Shown here piece by piece: positions 27,111 to 36,318 of a DNA stretch of 51,638 nucleotides (position 1 is its first letter; every line of letters starts with the position of its first letter). The translations under genes and the position numbers were made by a program. Location of the stretch: positions 1 through 51,638 of the forward strand of contig CAZUMX010000003.1 of the NCBI GenBank assembly GCA_964622275.1. Direction: 5' to 3'. Origin of the DNA: an uncultured Candidatus Saccharibacteria bacterium (GTDB taxonomy: Bacteria > Patescibacteriota > Minisyncoccia > Phycocordibacterales > UBA6899). The notes beneath the pieces were generated by a model that did not search any database, was not told the DNA's origin, and saw only the letters and a list, made by a program, of their open reading frames with translations.

Positions 27111-27238
27111 ATGGTGGGCATTATAACATGCTGGCGTTTGTATAATCTTGGGGATTACTGAAATTTGACAATTTAATTATTGTGTTTTAGTGTTCCTCTC
27201 AGAGAACTCTCCATCTGGTTTCTTAAAGAGGGATATTC

Positions 27239-27670
27239 ATGAGTGCGAAGCCAGTCTCCATGCGTTCTTTGTCGGTGTTGTGGCTTGATTTACTTGATCA
27301 AAAACTTCGAAGTTTAAGCAAAAGAGAACTTCGGCTGTTTGCTTTGGGGTTGCAGGTGCTAGAGAGGCACCCTGCTCTTGTGCAAGATTTTCAGAAGTAT
27401 TTTTTGAAACTTCTCAAGTCAAATTTTCATGCCCCGCCACCGCTATTTCCAACCGATCATTATCCGCTGTTCGATATTGAAAAAGAAGCTCTTGCTTTGA
27501 GCATCTCAGTCACCGCAAATCTCTACTGTGTGTTTTATCCAAAATACCAAAAGATGATCGGAGATCGTATCATCTTTCCTCGAGATTTGAGCAGGAATGA
27601 GCGGACGATACGGTTTAAAAAACTCATGGCTTCCTATGGCCTACCAAAAAATTTATACGAGGAAGAATAA
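27239..27670 (+). CDS. Hypothetical protein (143 aa)
   Basis: ORF with a terminator downstream. No motif recognised. Confidence 0.55.
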   Translation: MSAKPVSMRSLSVLWLDLLDQKLRSLSKRELRLFALGLQVLERHPALVQDFQKYFLKLLKSNFHAPPPLFPTDHYPLFDIEKEALALSISVTANLYCVFYPKYQKMIGDRIIFPRDLSRNERTIRFKKLMASYGLPKNLYEEE

Positions 27671-27697
27671 GAGCTAATAAGAGCTCAAGATAATATA

Positions 27698-27734
27698 ACA
27701 GCTCCGTATGCCCTAAGATCTACGGAGCTGTTTT
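27698..27734. terminator. Terminator between convergent hypothetical gene and ftsZ
   Basis: 11-bp stem ACAGCTCCGTA/TACGGAGCTGT with a 12-nt loop, followed by TTTT. Confidence 0.7.
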
Positions 27735-27748
27735 CATGTAAAGATTTT

Positions 27749-28984
27749 TTAGCGGAGTTTTGAACGTCGAAGGAACGAAGGGACAGCTCCACCCCAGTCA
27801 TCATCATCGTCTTTGGGTTCAGGCTTTGGTTGCGGTTTTGGTTTTGGCTGTGGTGCTGGTTCCTCAGGCAACTCGTGATAGATTGCTCCTCGTTCTTCAC
27901 GCTTCTTCTCTTCTTGGAAGAGAGACGCCTCGTGATCTTTTTGAGGCTGTGGCTTTTCCTCGCGCTTTTCTTGCTTTGGTGCTTCTTTCTGAACATGGAC
28001 TTCACGTTGACGAGTTCCTTTTGAGTGTGGACTTGAGAACCCTGATGCGATAACTGTGATGCGAATCTCTCCCTTTCGAAGTTTGTCGTCCATCATGGTG
28101 CCAAAGATAACTTTTGCTCCTGCGTCAGCGCTCTCGGTGATAATCTTTGCGGCATCCTGAATTTCGTGCATTGTGACATCAGTACCACCTGAAATGGCAA
28201 AGAGAAGACCTTTTGCACCATTAATTGAGACATCAAGAAGAGGAGAGTTGATCGCCATGCGAGCTGCTTCTTCGGCGCGCTTTTCGCCAGAGGCGGTTCC
28301 GATGCCCATGAGAACCGTTCCTGCTTCGCTCATGATGGCGCGAATATCAGCAAAGTCGACATTGATAATACCAGGGGTTGTGATGAGGTTCGAAATTCCT
28401 TCGACAGCTTGGCGTAGGACTTCGTCGCTCATAGCGAAAGCTGAAAGGAAGGTTGTTTCTTTGTTGGTATTTGAGAGGAGTCTGTCATTAGGAATCACAA
28501 TGAGTGCATCAACTTCTTTTTCAAGATCAGCAAGACCCATATCAGCAAGCTTCGCTCGCTGGCTTCCTTCGAAAAAGAAAGGACGTGTGACAACGCCAAT
28601 AGTGAGTGCGCCAAGTTCTTTTGCTGTACGAGCGACAACGGGTGCAGCACCTGTGCCAGTTCCTCCTCCCATTCCCGCTGTGACAAACACCATGTCAGCT
28701 CCTTTGAGTGACTCTTGGATTTCTTCTTTGGTTTCTTCAGCAGCGCGTTTCCCAAGCTCTGGATTCATTCCTGTCCCAAGGCCACGAGTGAGGTTCTTGC
28801 CAATATGAATCTTGCGGCTGGCCAATGAGTGGTGAAGGTCTTGAGCGTCCGTGTTCATAGCGATGAACTCAACTCCTTTGACCTTCGCATTCACCATGTG
28901 ATTGACGATGTTCTTCCCGGCACCACCAACACCGATGACCTTGATGCGCGCAAATGCTTCAATTTCTGGATTCACTTTTGGCAT
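27749..28984 (-). CDS. ftsZ: Cell division protein FtsZ
   Basis: Start at ATG 28984 ([25 protein letters not shown]). Tubulin signature [17 protein letters not shown] long K/E/P-rich linker and a C-terminal peptide [11 protein letters not shown]. Confidence 0.95.
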   Translation of the reverse strand: MPKVNPEIEAFARIKVIGVGGAGKNIVNHMVNAKVKGVEFIAMNTDAQDLHHSLASRKIHIGKNLTRGLGTGMNPELGKRAAEETKEEIQESLKGADMVFVTAGMGGGTGTGAAPVVARTAKELGALTIGVVTRPFFFEGSQRAKLADMGLADLEKEVDALIVIPNDRLLSNTNKETTFLSAFAMSDEVLRQAVEGISNLITTPGIINVDFADIRAIMSEAGTVLMGIGTASGEKRAEEAARMAINSPLLDVSINGAKGLLFAISGGTDVTMHEIQDAAKIITESADAGAKVIFGTMMDDKLRKGEIRITVIASGFSSPHSKGTRQREVHVQKEAPKQEKREEKPQPQKDHEASLFQEEKKREERGAIYHELPEEPAPQPKPKPQPKPEPKDDDDDWGGAVPSFLRRSKLR

Positions 28985-29131
28985 AATAAAAATAATCGTT
29001 GTGCATCCCCGCATCCACTAACGCAAGCCCTGCTAGAGGTCGTGGGAACCCATTGCAAAATAATTCTTAGCATACCAAACCCAGCGAGAAGGGGAAGTTG
29101 ACAACTCCCAAGGTAAGCCTCACGAAATCTT

Positions 29132-30304
29132 TTATGGCAGCAGCTGTCGAAACACGTGCGCAAGGGTCTTTTTGAACCCAGCAAACCCCCCGCTTTTGCG
29201 TCGGAAACCACCACGCTCTGCATTAGCGCCAAAGAGGGTGAGTCCATATGCGACAAACCAGGTTGGCGTTCGAATGGGAAGTGTTGTCTCTGGATCAATC
29301 ATAAATTCGGGCATTGGAACCCTCGCTGGAAGCCGAAGTGTCTCTTTTGCGGATTCTTCTATCCCAAGAGTCAGAGCACCACCACCGATAAGGACAATAC
29401 CAGCAGGAAGAAGCTCTTGTCGTCCGATTGTACGAAGGTGAGTATTGATGTCCTCGAATATATCTTCTAGCCGTGCATCGATGATCTCTTCGTGGCGCTT
29501 TTTTTGGATAGGAGGAGGGACCTTTCCCGTCTTCACACGCTCTGCTTCTTCAAGACTCATCTTGAATCCAAGCGCAATGTCATTGGTGATTTGGTTACCA
29601 CCAACAGCAAAGACATGGAGTGAAATGGCAACACCTCCTTCGTAGATGACAATGGAGGTTGTTTCTGATCCAATATCCGCGAGGACACACCCAGCCATCT
29701 GCTGTGCTCTTGTGAGGGTGACAAGACTTGCGGCAATTGGGGCAGCCATCACATCAGCAACAATGACTCCAGCTCCCTCAACTGCATGAATAAGATCATC
29801 AAGGTGTTGAGCGAGTGCAGTGACAATGAGCATTTTTGCTTCAAGCTTAAGACCGCGCATGCCCACTGGTCGACCCAAAACTTCTTTTCCATCAATACGA
29901 TATTCGACAGGGATAGAGTGAAGAATTTTCCTGTTTGCTTGTGTGGAGAGTGATTGTTCCGCCATGTGTTGTGCGCGCTCAACATCATTTTCCATAATCT
30001 CAGTATCAGCGCGTGGCACAATGATTGTGCCTGTTGCGAGTTCAGCTTCTAGTCCTGTCCCACCGAACGCCAAAAACACCTCTTCAATGCGCACTCCAGA
30101 TAGTGCCTCCGCATGTTCGAGTGCTCTGCGGATTGTGTGCGTTGCCTCTTCTGGATCGGTCACGTATCCGTGTCGTATGCCATGAGCTTCTGCCGAGCCA
30201 AGCCCAAGAATGCGAGGGAATCCACCATGCTCAGCTTGCTCAGCGACAACTACGCGTATGGTTGAAGATCCAATATCAATGCCGGTGATGATGCGTCTGG
30301 ACAT
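29132..30304 (-). CDS. ftsA: Cell division protein FtsA
   Basis: Start at ATG 30304 (MSRRIITGIDIGSSTIRVVVAE), alternative 30319. Actin-fold phosphate motifs (ADIGSETTSIVIYEGG, LIGGGALT). Confidence 0.9.
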   Translation of the reverse strand: MSRRIITGIDIGSSTIRVVVAEQAEHGGFPRILGLGSAEAHGIRHGYVTDPEEATHTIRRALEHAEALSGVRIEEVFLAFGGTGLEAELATGTIIVPRADTEIMENDVERAQHMAEQSLSTQANRKILHSIPVEYRIDGKEVLGRPVGMRGLKLEAKMLIVTALAQHLDDLIHAVEGAGVIVADVMAAPIAASLVTLTRAQQMAGCVLADIGSETTSIVIYEGGVAISLHVFAVGGNQITNDIALGFKMSLEEAERVKTGKVPPPIQKKRHEEIIDARLEDIFEDINTHLRTIGRQELLPAGIVLIGGGALTLGIEESAKETLRLPARVPMPEFMIDPETTLPIRTPTWFVAYGLTLFGANAERGGFRRKSGGFAGFKKTLAHVFRQLLP

Positions 30305-30761
30305 GTGTGTGTGGTTCATGGAGTCGTACATCAAAGCCAAATGCTTGAAGCACTTTCTCCAATCTTCTCTCCATTGTACGGCCATGACGCATTCCGTTCA
30401 AATGCAGCATGGAGTGGATAACGAGAAGCGCAACCCAAGAGACCCATGTTCCTTCGGCATACCCAGCGTCGTATTGTCTACGTGCTTCGACAAGATTTAA
30501 AATAATTTCTCCTTCATGAGGTGAAAGTGAAAAAGAAAGAACATTCGGACTGTATGATTTGTCCCGGTATGTTGCATTGAGTACTTGCGCGCGACGCGAT
30601 GGGACAGCAGCGATTGAAAGCGTGTAGGGTGGGGTAAAAATGTGCTCAGCAATTCGCTGGAAAGGCACCCGAGGAATCGGGGTATCAGTATGATTCGCAA
30701 CAAGGACCTCAATATGACCTTGTTTAGCGTCGGCGCTTATCTTTCTCGACTGTTTTGCCAA
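30276..30761 (-). CDS. ybeY: rRNA maturation endoribonuclease YbeY
   Basis: Zinc motif HSMLHLNGMRH (H..LHL.G..H). No ATG lies near the conserved N-terminus. Candidate starts are TTG 30761, GTG 30779 or ATT 30713. Overlaps rpsU at its 5' end and ftsA at its 3' end. Confidence 0.75.
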   Translation of the reverse strand: MAKQSRKISADAKQGHIEVLVANHTDTPIPRVPFQRIAEHIFTPPYTLSIAAVPSRRAQVLNATYRDKSYSPNVLSFSLSPHEGEIILNLVEARRQYDAGYAEGTWVSWVALLVIHSMLHLNGMRHGRTMERRLEKVLQAFGFDVRLHEPHTHVQTHHHRH

Positions 30762-30969
30762 GTTTGAAGAGGCGCTCACGCTCTTTGCGGTTCTCGAGTG
30801 ACTTGAGCGCGCGGTTCTTTTTGACGAGCTTTGAGGCATGACGAGTGAAGTAACGGCGTTCGCGAACCACATTGAGGGCACGTGAACCCTGAACACGCTT
30901 CGTGAAGCGGCGAATAAGTGAAACAGTCTGTTCTGTGTTGTTTTTCTTTACTTCTGCAACGATTGCCAT
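30724..30969 (-). CDS. rpsU: 30S ribosomal protein S21
   Basis: ATG at 30969. MAIVAEVKKNNTEQTVSLIRRFTKRVQGSRALNVVRERRYFTRHASK is typical of S21. Confidence 0.9.
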   Translation of the reverse strand: MAIVAEVKKNNTEQTVSLIRRFTKRVQGSRALNVVRERRYFTRHASKLVKKNRALKSLENRKERERLFKLGKTVEKDKRRR

Positions 30970-31015
30970 AATGCGGGGAATACTAGCATGGAGGGAGGAG
31001 AATAGCAACCCGTAT

Positions 31016-32365
31016 CTAGCCGATTTTATGCTCTTTAATATATTCAGCGAGATCAGAGATTTTTACTGTTTCTTGAGAGCGATTTTCCATATTGCGAATG
31101 ATTACTGTGCGATCAAGCGCCTCTTTCTGTCCTAAAATAAGGGAGTAGGGAAGTCCCAAACGTTCCGCATTTCCTAATTGAATTGAGAGAGAATCTTTGT
31201 TCAAAGAGTGAAGGACAGGGATGCGTGCTTTCCGGAGAATCTCAATCACTTCCAAGGAGCGTAATTTTGCTTCAAATCCAAGTTGAATGAAGTAGATCTT
31301 CGACTTCTTGATAATTTTTGGCATAGGAGCATTGTAAGTCGGCAATGCGATAACACGGTCGACGCCTATAGATGCACCAACTGCAGGGACGTCTTTCTTT
31401 GATCCGAGTGCACGTGCGAGATAGTCGTAGCGTCCTCCTCCTGCAATCGCAAGTGGGGTGCGTTTCTTTTCTCCACCCTCGGTGGTCTCATCTGTCGGGA
31501 CTTCTTCTAGGACTTCAAAGACTGTGTGGGTGTAATAGTCGATTCCACGCACAAGGTTGTTGTTGATTCGGTAGGAAATATCGAGACTTGTAAGATACTC
31601 GAGAACTTCTTTGAAATGCTGCTTACACGGAATACAAAGTGCTGAGACTGACTCCGGTGCTGCTGCCTTCAATGGTAGGCACTGTGCGTCTTTGCAGTCG
31701 AGCAAGCGAAGAGGGTTTGACTTGATGCGTTGTTTGCAATTTCCACAGAGTCGAGCGATATGCTTACGATAATACTGCGTGAGCTCACGAACATACGCAG
31801 GACGGCACTCGCGACACCCGATTGAGTTGATCTCTACTGAAAGATTCTGGCATCCGACTTCTTTGAGAATAGTCATGACCAAATGAATGATCATTGCGTC
31901 TGACATGCTCTTTGGACTCCCGAGAATTTCAACGCCAAACTGCTTAAACTCTCGATAGCGTCCTCGCTGAGGTTTTTCGTGACGGAAGAATGAACCATAA
32001 TAGTAGAGCTTCACTGGTTGAGGGAGTGACTGCATGCCGTCCTGAATATATGAACGCATAACAGGGGCAGTGCCTTCGGGGCGGAGAGCAAGCTTATCGT
32101 TGGTCTTTGTTTTCAGGGTGTACATTTCTTTTCCGACAATGTCGGTGTCGTCTGAAATACCTGATGTGAAGACCTCTTCACGCTCGAGGATTGGAGTATC
32201 GATAGGCGAGAATCCATAATAGAGACAAATCTCTGCGGCCTTCTCGGAAAATCCCTGATACTTATGCATCATCTCTCCAGTCATGTCACGCATGCCTTTG
32301 AGTGTCGTTGGTGCTTCTTTCTTCTTGGGAGCTGCTTCCTTTTTTGATGATTTTTTTTCTGTCAT
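31016..32365 (-). CDS. hisS: Histidyl-tRNA synthetase
   Basis: Class II motifs including FRHEKPQRGRYREF, GGGRYD and an anticodon-binding C-terminal domain. Confidence 0.95.
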   Translation of the reverse strand: MTEKKSSKKEAAPKKKEAPTTLKGMRDMTGEMMHKYQGFSEKAAEICLYYGFSPIDTPILEREEVFTSGISDDTDIVGKEMYTLKTKTNDKLALRPEGTAPVMRSYIQDGMQSLPQPVKLYYYGSFFRHEKPQRGRYREFKQFGVEILGSPKSMSDAMIIHLVMTILKEVGCQNLSVEINSIGCRECRPAYVRELTQYYRKHIARLCGNCKQRIKSNPLRLLDCKDAQCLPLKAAAPESVSALCIPCKQHFKEVLEYLTSLDISYRINNNLVRGIDYYTHTVFEVLEEVPTDETTEGGEKKRTPLAIAGGGRYDYLARALGSKKDVPAVGASIGVDRVIALPTYNAPMPKIIKKSKIYFIQLGFEAKLRSLEVIEILRKARIPVLHSLNKDSLSIQLGNAERLGLPYSLILGQKEALDRTVIIRNMENRSQETVKISDLAEYIKEHKIG

Positions 32366-32423
32366 ACTGATGGTGTTGCTAATGGTGGATCACTAAATAA
32401 ATAGACGATATTGATGATTTTGA

Positions 32424-33134
32424 TTATGAGGATGGTGAATCATTCGTTGGTGTGTCCTTCTCATACTCTGTGGTGAATTTCTCAATGATCCCTGGGTGGA
32501 GCTCAATTCGTGTTGGCGGGAAAAGTCTCAACAGTGCTTTTCCATCCATAAGTCGTTCAGGGACAGGTCCCCAGGAACGTGAATCTGAGCTTTGGGCACG
32601 ATTATCGCCCATGACGAAGTATTCCGTGTCAGAAAGTTTTCGTGTTGTTGATGGTCCTCCAGGGTTCTTCACATAGGGTTCATCAAGGAGCAATTTCTCT
32701 CCAGATACTGTCGTTATTTCTGTTTTTCCTGGGACAGCGGTGACGATCTCGCCAGGAAGTCCGATGACGCGTTTAATATAGAACTCTGAGGGGTCATTAG
32801 GATAGCGGAGGATGACCACATCTCCTCGTTCATATCCACTCGTGCGCTTTGTCAGTTCATCAACAATGAGGTACTCACCATTTTTAAATGTTGGGTACAT
32901 AGATTTTCCAGAAACGATGAATGGCTGGGCAATAAAAATTCGCAGCGGAATAATCACAAGTGCGGCAATCAGCGCATACCGCACAATATCCCAGAGATGT
33001 TTCCCAAGCGATTCTGGTTCTTCTTTTGGTTTTGGGTCTAGCACAGGGGGAACTCCTTCTGGAGAAGGTTGGCGTAAGTCAGTTGAGCTGATCATAATAT
33101 AGTGACCATAGTATCGGAAAAACATGCTTGACAC
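32424..33134 (-). CDS. lepB: Signal peptidase I
   Basis: TM anchor, catalytic Ser box SGKSMYPTF, Lys box YIKRVIGLPGE and GDNRAQSSDSR. Start is uncertain among three ATGs. Confidence 0.9.
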   Translation of the reverse strand: MSSMFFRYYGHYIMISSTDLRQPSPEGVPPVLDPKPKEEPESLGKHLWDIVRYALIAALVIIPLRIFIAQPFIVSGKSMYPTFKNGEYLIVDELTKRTSGYERGDVVILRYPNDPSEFYIKRVIGLPGEIVTAVPGKTEITTVSGEKLLLDEPYVKNPGGPSTTRKLSDTEYFVMGDNRAQSSDSRSWGPVPERLMDGKALLRLFPPTRIELHPGIIEKFTTEYEKDTPTNDSPSS

Positions 33135-33157
33135 AATGGGGAAAAACGATGTCTAGC

Positions 33158-33859
33158 TTATTTTTCGGTTTTTGTTGTTGTTGCTGGTGGGGTTGATGAG
33201 CCTTGAGCAAGTGATGTGCGAAGAATAGGGAAGATGGACAGGATGCTTTCGCGATCGTGGAATCCATAATAAGGTACTCGGTCGATGACGAGTGCGGGAA
33301 GCTCTCCTGAAAGCCTGTAAATAGAACGAAGCGTACGAACAACCGAGAGATCAAGATTGTAATCAAAGGCGTATATGCGTAATTCAGGGATATCTTGCTG
33401 AAGACCGGTAAGGACATATCCTTGGCGCTTACAATCAGCACAGCTCCCTGTATTTGAGTAAAAATAGAGGATTGTCGGTGGCCGGATGCCGCACTTCACC
33501 CCCTTTTCTTTGCTTAAAAGGTAGTCTTTGACAAGAAGGAGTGTGTAATTCTTTTTCAGTTCAGCAACCCGGTCTTTGTCTTCCCCAGTATCTTCCATAT
33601 ACGAAAGTTTGTCAGCAAGATTGGAGAGTTCTTCTGAGAGAACGCTTGATTCGGCGTCACAGATCGTGTCTGCGAGGAGGGCATAGTCAACTTCCGTTGC
33701 GAGCACATTCATGCTCAATGATTGTTCCACAGCACGAACATCTGATAGACGTTGTTGGTAAAAGAAGTTAGACAAAAGGTAGGCGGACCCAAAGATAAAA
33801 ATGGTAATTGCGAAAACAATCGCATAAATGTGCCAATTTGTTTCGCGAGGGTCGTTCAT
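33158..33859 (-). CDS. Membrane-anchored thioredoxin-fold-like protein with CxxC
   Basis: N-terminal TM, a coiled region, then ILYFYSNTGSCADCKRQG (CxxC after a beta-strand, as in Trx/Dsb folds). The family is not identified. Confidence 0.5.
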   Translation of the reverse strand: MNDPRETNWHIYAIVFAITIFIFGSAYLLSNFFYQQRLSDVRAVEQSLSMNVLATEVDYALLADTICDAESSVLSEELSNLADKLSYMEDTGEDKDRVAELKKNYTLLLVKDYLLSKEKGVKCGIRPPTILYFYSNTGSCADCKRQGYVLTGLQQDIPELRIYAFDYNLDLSVVRTLRSIYRLSGELPALVIDRVPYYGFHDRESILSIFPILRTSLAQGSSTPPATTTKTEK

Positions 33860-33904
33860 ATGATGTGGTCGGTATTCTACCGTGGAGGGAAGAGAAATGA
33901 AACC

Positions 33905-35206
33905 CTAGCGCCACGGAGCCTCTTTTGCTGTTAAAAGATTCCACAAACTCTTTGCGAGCCACAATGGGGCGATGAGTCCGTACATAAAGACAAAATACAA
34001 CATTCCTCCTTGCAAATGGAAACGACGGTGTGTGAGCCTCGAAGAGAGAAACAGGTAGATAAACGTGAGCATGAGCATGTTGTAGATCAGAATACGTTTC
34101 ATTCCGCTCCCGACAAAGAACCATTCAAATGTTGGTGTCCCCCAATGGATTCCCGCATAAAATGCTCGGACAACCATGTCGAATACCCCGTGTCCAAAAT
34201 TATAGATTCCGTATCCAAAGAAAAAGAGTGCCGTTCCAACAGTAATGAAGGTCAGTGGGAGTGCGAGCATTCCAAGGTTCCCGTACTGTTTGCGGAAGAG
34301 CATAAATCGATAAGAGAGAATCGTGTTCTTGAGGTGTCCTGATACCCAGCGAACACGTTGCTTATATAGTGTTCGAAATGTGGCGGGTGCGACGGTATAC
34401 ACTAATGCGTCTTGTGCCGTCTCGATTTTCATATGGTGCGATTGCATACGGAGGGCAATTTCCATATCCTCTGTGCCAAATGCGTGCTTAAATCCACCAA
34501 TTGTTTGGAAGACCGATCTTCGATAAATAGAGAAAGGACCCGGAGTAACATAGACAGCACCAAGAAAGGTAAAAATTTTCTTTGTCAGTGCTCCAATCAA
34601 AAACTCTATTGCTTGTATTTTCTGAAGAATAGTCTTTGCTTTCCAGATTTGCACTGAAGGGCATACAGCCATAGTTTTTGGATCGTCAAAATATTGGACA
34701 ATAACCTTTAGGGCACCCGGTGTCACAAACGAATCTGCATCAAGACAGCCAACGAGGTCGCTCGTGGTCTTTTCGAGAGCAAAGTTGAGTGCGCTAAACT
34801 TCCCACCATTTTCCTTACGGTAGACCTCGAGGCGACCTTTCCCGAGGGGTATATATGACTGCGCCACCTCAAATGTGCGGTCACTTGAACCGTCAGACAC
34901 AACCATAATCGTAAGTTTGTCCTTTGGGTAGTCGAGATTGAGGAGTGACTCAATTGTGCCTCCAATGGTCTTTTCTTCATTGTATGCAGGGACGATGACA
35001 GTCACTGTTGGCCACTTTTCCCTCATAAGGAGCTCTTTTCCTCGAGCTCGTTCATTGCGTATCTTCTTATAGTGTAAGAAGAGGGTGACATAAAGGAACA
35101 CCTGAAAATAGATGGCGATAAAGAGCACAATATAGGTAAAGGCGTCCATTGGGGTCATAAAGGGGAGTGGTGAGTCCAGAAACACCATCAGTATATCCAA
35201 AAACAC
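33905..35206 (-). CDS. Processive family-2 glycosyltransferase (PgaC/NodC/cellulose-synthase-like)
   Basis: VIVPAYNEE, VVSDGSSD, LDADSF, GTEDMEIALR and the QxxRW motif (KQRVRWVSG), plus N- and C-terminal TM helices. GTG at 35206; the start is uncertain. Confidence 0.85.
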   Translation of the reverse strand: MFLDILMVFLDSPLPFMTPMDAFTYIVLFIAIYFQVFLYVTLFLHYKKIRNERARGKELLMREKWPTVTVIVPAYNEEKTIGGTIESLLNLDYPKDKLTIMVVSDGSSDRTFEVAQSYIPLGKGRLEVYRKENGGKFSALNFALEKTTSDLVGCLDADSFVTPGALKVIVQYFDDPKTMAVCPSVQIWKAKTILQKIQAIEFLIGALTKKIFTFLGAVYVTPGPFSIYRRSVFQTIGGFKHAFGTEDMEIALRMQSHHMKIETAQDALVYTVAPATFRTLYKQRVRWVSGHLKNTILSYRFMLFRKQYGNLGMLALPLTFITVGTALFFFGYGIYNFGHGVFDMVVRAFYAGIHWGTPTFEWFFVGSGMKRILIYNMLMLTFIYLFLSSRLTHRRFHLQGGMLYFVFMYGLIAPLWLAKSLWNLLTAKEAPWR

Positions 35207-35453
35207 CCCAAAGCCTAGTCGGTTATCGAAGGATATGGGCTATGCCAACACAGAACTCTGTCAAAGAGGCCCCAACAGCAAAACACTAGTGTAAGCAGGC
35301 AGCACATGCATAAAAAGGCAAAAAATATTACACCACAGTTACTAAAATATTATTATTTTAAGCCGTAATTCTGACATTTTGTGGATAGAGGGTATTGCCA
35401 TAATATGTGAGCTCTGTACAATGCCGCGGTACCCCAATGGGTGTCCCACACCA

Positions 35454-35482
35454 TTGACTATGTTTGGGGTTTGTGATATAAT
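35454..35482 (+). promoter_or_regulatory. Near-consensus promoter with extended -10
   Basis: TTGACT (35454-35459), a 17-nt spacer ending in TGa, then TATAAT (35477-35482). Confidence 0.6.
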
Positions 35483-35491
35483 GTGTCTATC

Positions 35492-36253
35492 ATGCTGCCT
35501 GCGGGCATGACCCAACCTATGAATCAACCCAATGTTCAAATGCCTGGATTTTTGGCATTTCTTATGACCCTTGCAGCCACTGCCGTTATGGTAGGAGTAG
35601 CGCTCCCTCGTCTGGCCCTCGCAGAGGAGGTCGAAAAGACGTGTAAGGACTACCTTCTCTCTGAAAGTGCCTATGCGTATGAGCTTTCTGTGGCATGCAG
35701 TGTTGAAGAGAAGTATGGCCACATCATTGAACCCATTGCTCACTTGAATGAGTATGACCAAGACCTCATTACTGCAGTGATTGTCGTTGAATCTCGCGGA
35801 AAGACCGAGGCGACGAGCCACGTTGGCGCAAAGGGGCTTATGCAACTGATGCCCAAGACCGCCCGCTATATGGGGGCAAAAGATATCCGTGACCCATTTG
35901 AAAATATCTTGGCTGGAACAAAGTATCTTCGAGCCCTCGAAGATCAATATGGATTTCTTTCTGTTGAAGAGGCACTTCTTGCATACAACATGGGTCCTCG
36001 AAAGGCCTCTGAATGGCTCAATCTTCCTGGGCGATCAGCAACAGATGCCTCATATGTCAAAAAGGTGATGGGAATTTATGCTGAAATCAAAGATGTGAAA
36101 GAAAAGGAGGCGGCAGAAAAAGAGAAATCAAACGCCGAAGAGTTTCTCAAAAAACTCCTTCTGAAGATCACAGAACGTACCCCTGATATTGATACGCCAG
36201 AACTCGTGTCTGCGCGCAGAGTAGAAATCGAAACAAAAGACAAAACATCATAA
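35492..36253 (+). CDS. Lytic transglycosylase (SLT domain) with K/E-rich C-terminal tail
   Basis: ESRGKTEATSHVGAKGLMQLMPKTARYMG ... LAYNMGP. The ORF-track start (GTG 35483) abuts the -10 box, so the true start must be ATG 35492 or a later ATG (35507/35519/35540). Confidence 0.8.
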   Translation: MLPAGMTQPMNQPNVQMPGFLAFLMTLAATAVMVGVALPRLALAEEVEKTCKDYLLSESAYAYELSVACSVEEKYGHIIEPIAHLNEYDQDLITAVIVVESRGKTEATSHVGAKGLMQLMPKTARYMGAKDIRDPFENILAGTKYLRALEDQYGFLSVEEALLAYNMGPRKASEWLNLPGRSATDASYVKKVMGIYAEIKDVKEKEAAEKEKSNAEEFLKKLLLKITERTPDIDTPELVSARRVEIETKDKTS

Positions 36254-36283
36254 GTCCTACGGACCAAAGTGCTGTATACTAAA

Positions 36284-36312
36284 ACACCAGAGAGAGAACT
36301 CTCTGGTGTTTT
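36284..36312 (+). terminator. Rho-independent terminator
   Basis: 11-bp stem ACACCAGAGAG/CTCTCTGGTGT with loop agaa, followed by TTTT. Confidence 0.8.
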
Positions 36313-36318
36313 CATACT

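Noticed and set aside
28173-28808. A 211-aa ORF antisense to ftsZ.
   Set aside because: FtsZ motifs on the minus strand are unequivocal, so the antisense frame is a compositional artefact.
35342-35947. A 201-aa minus-strand ORF overlapping the SLT gene and its promoter.
   Set aside because: It runs opposite a gene with clear SLT motifs, crosses a near-consensus plus-strand promoter, and has no SD or motif.
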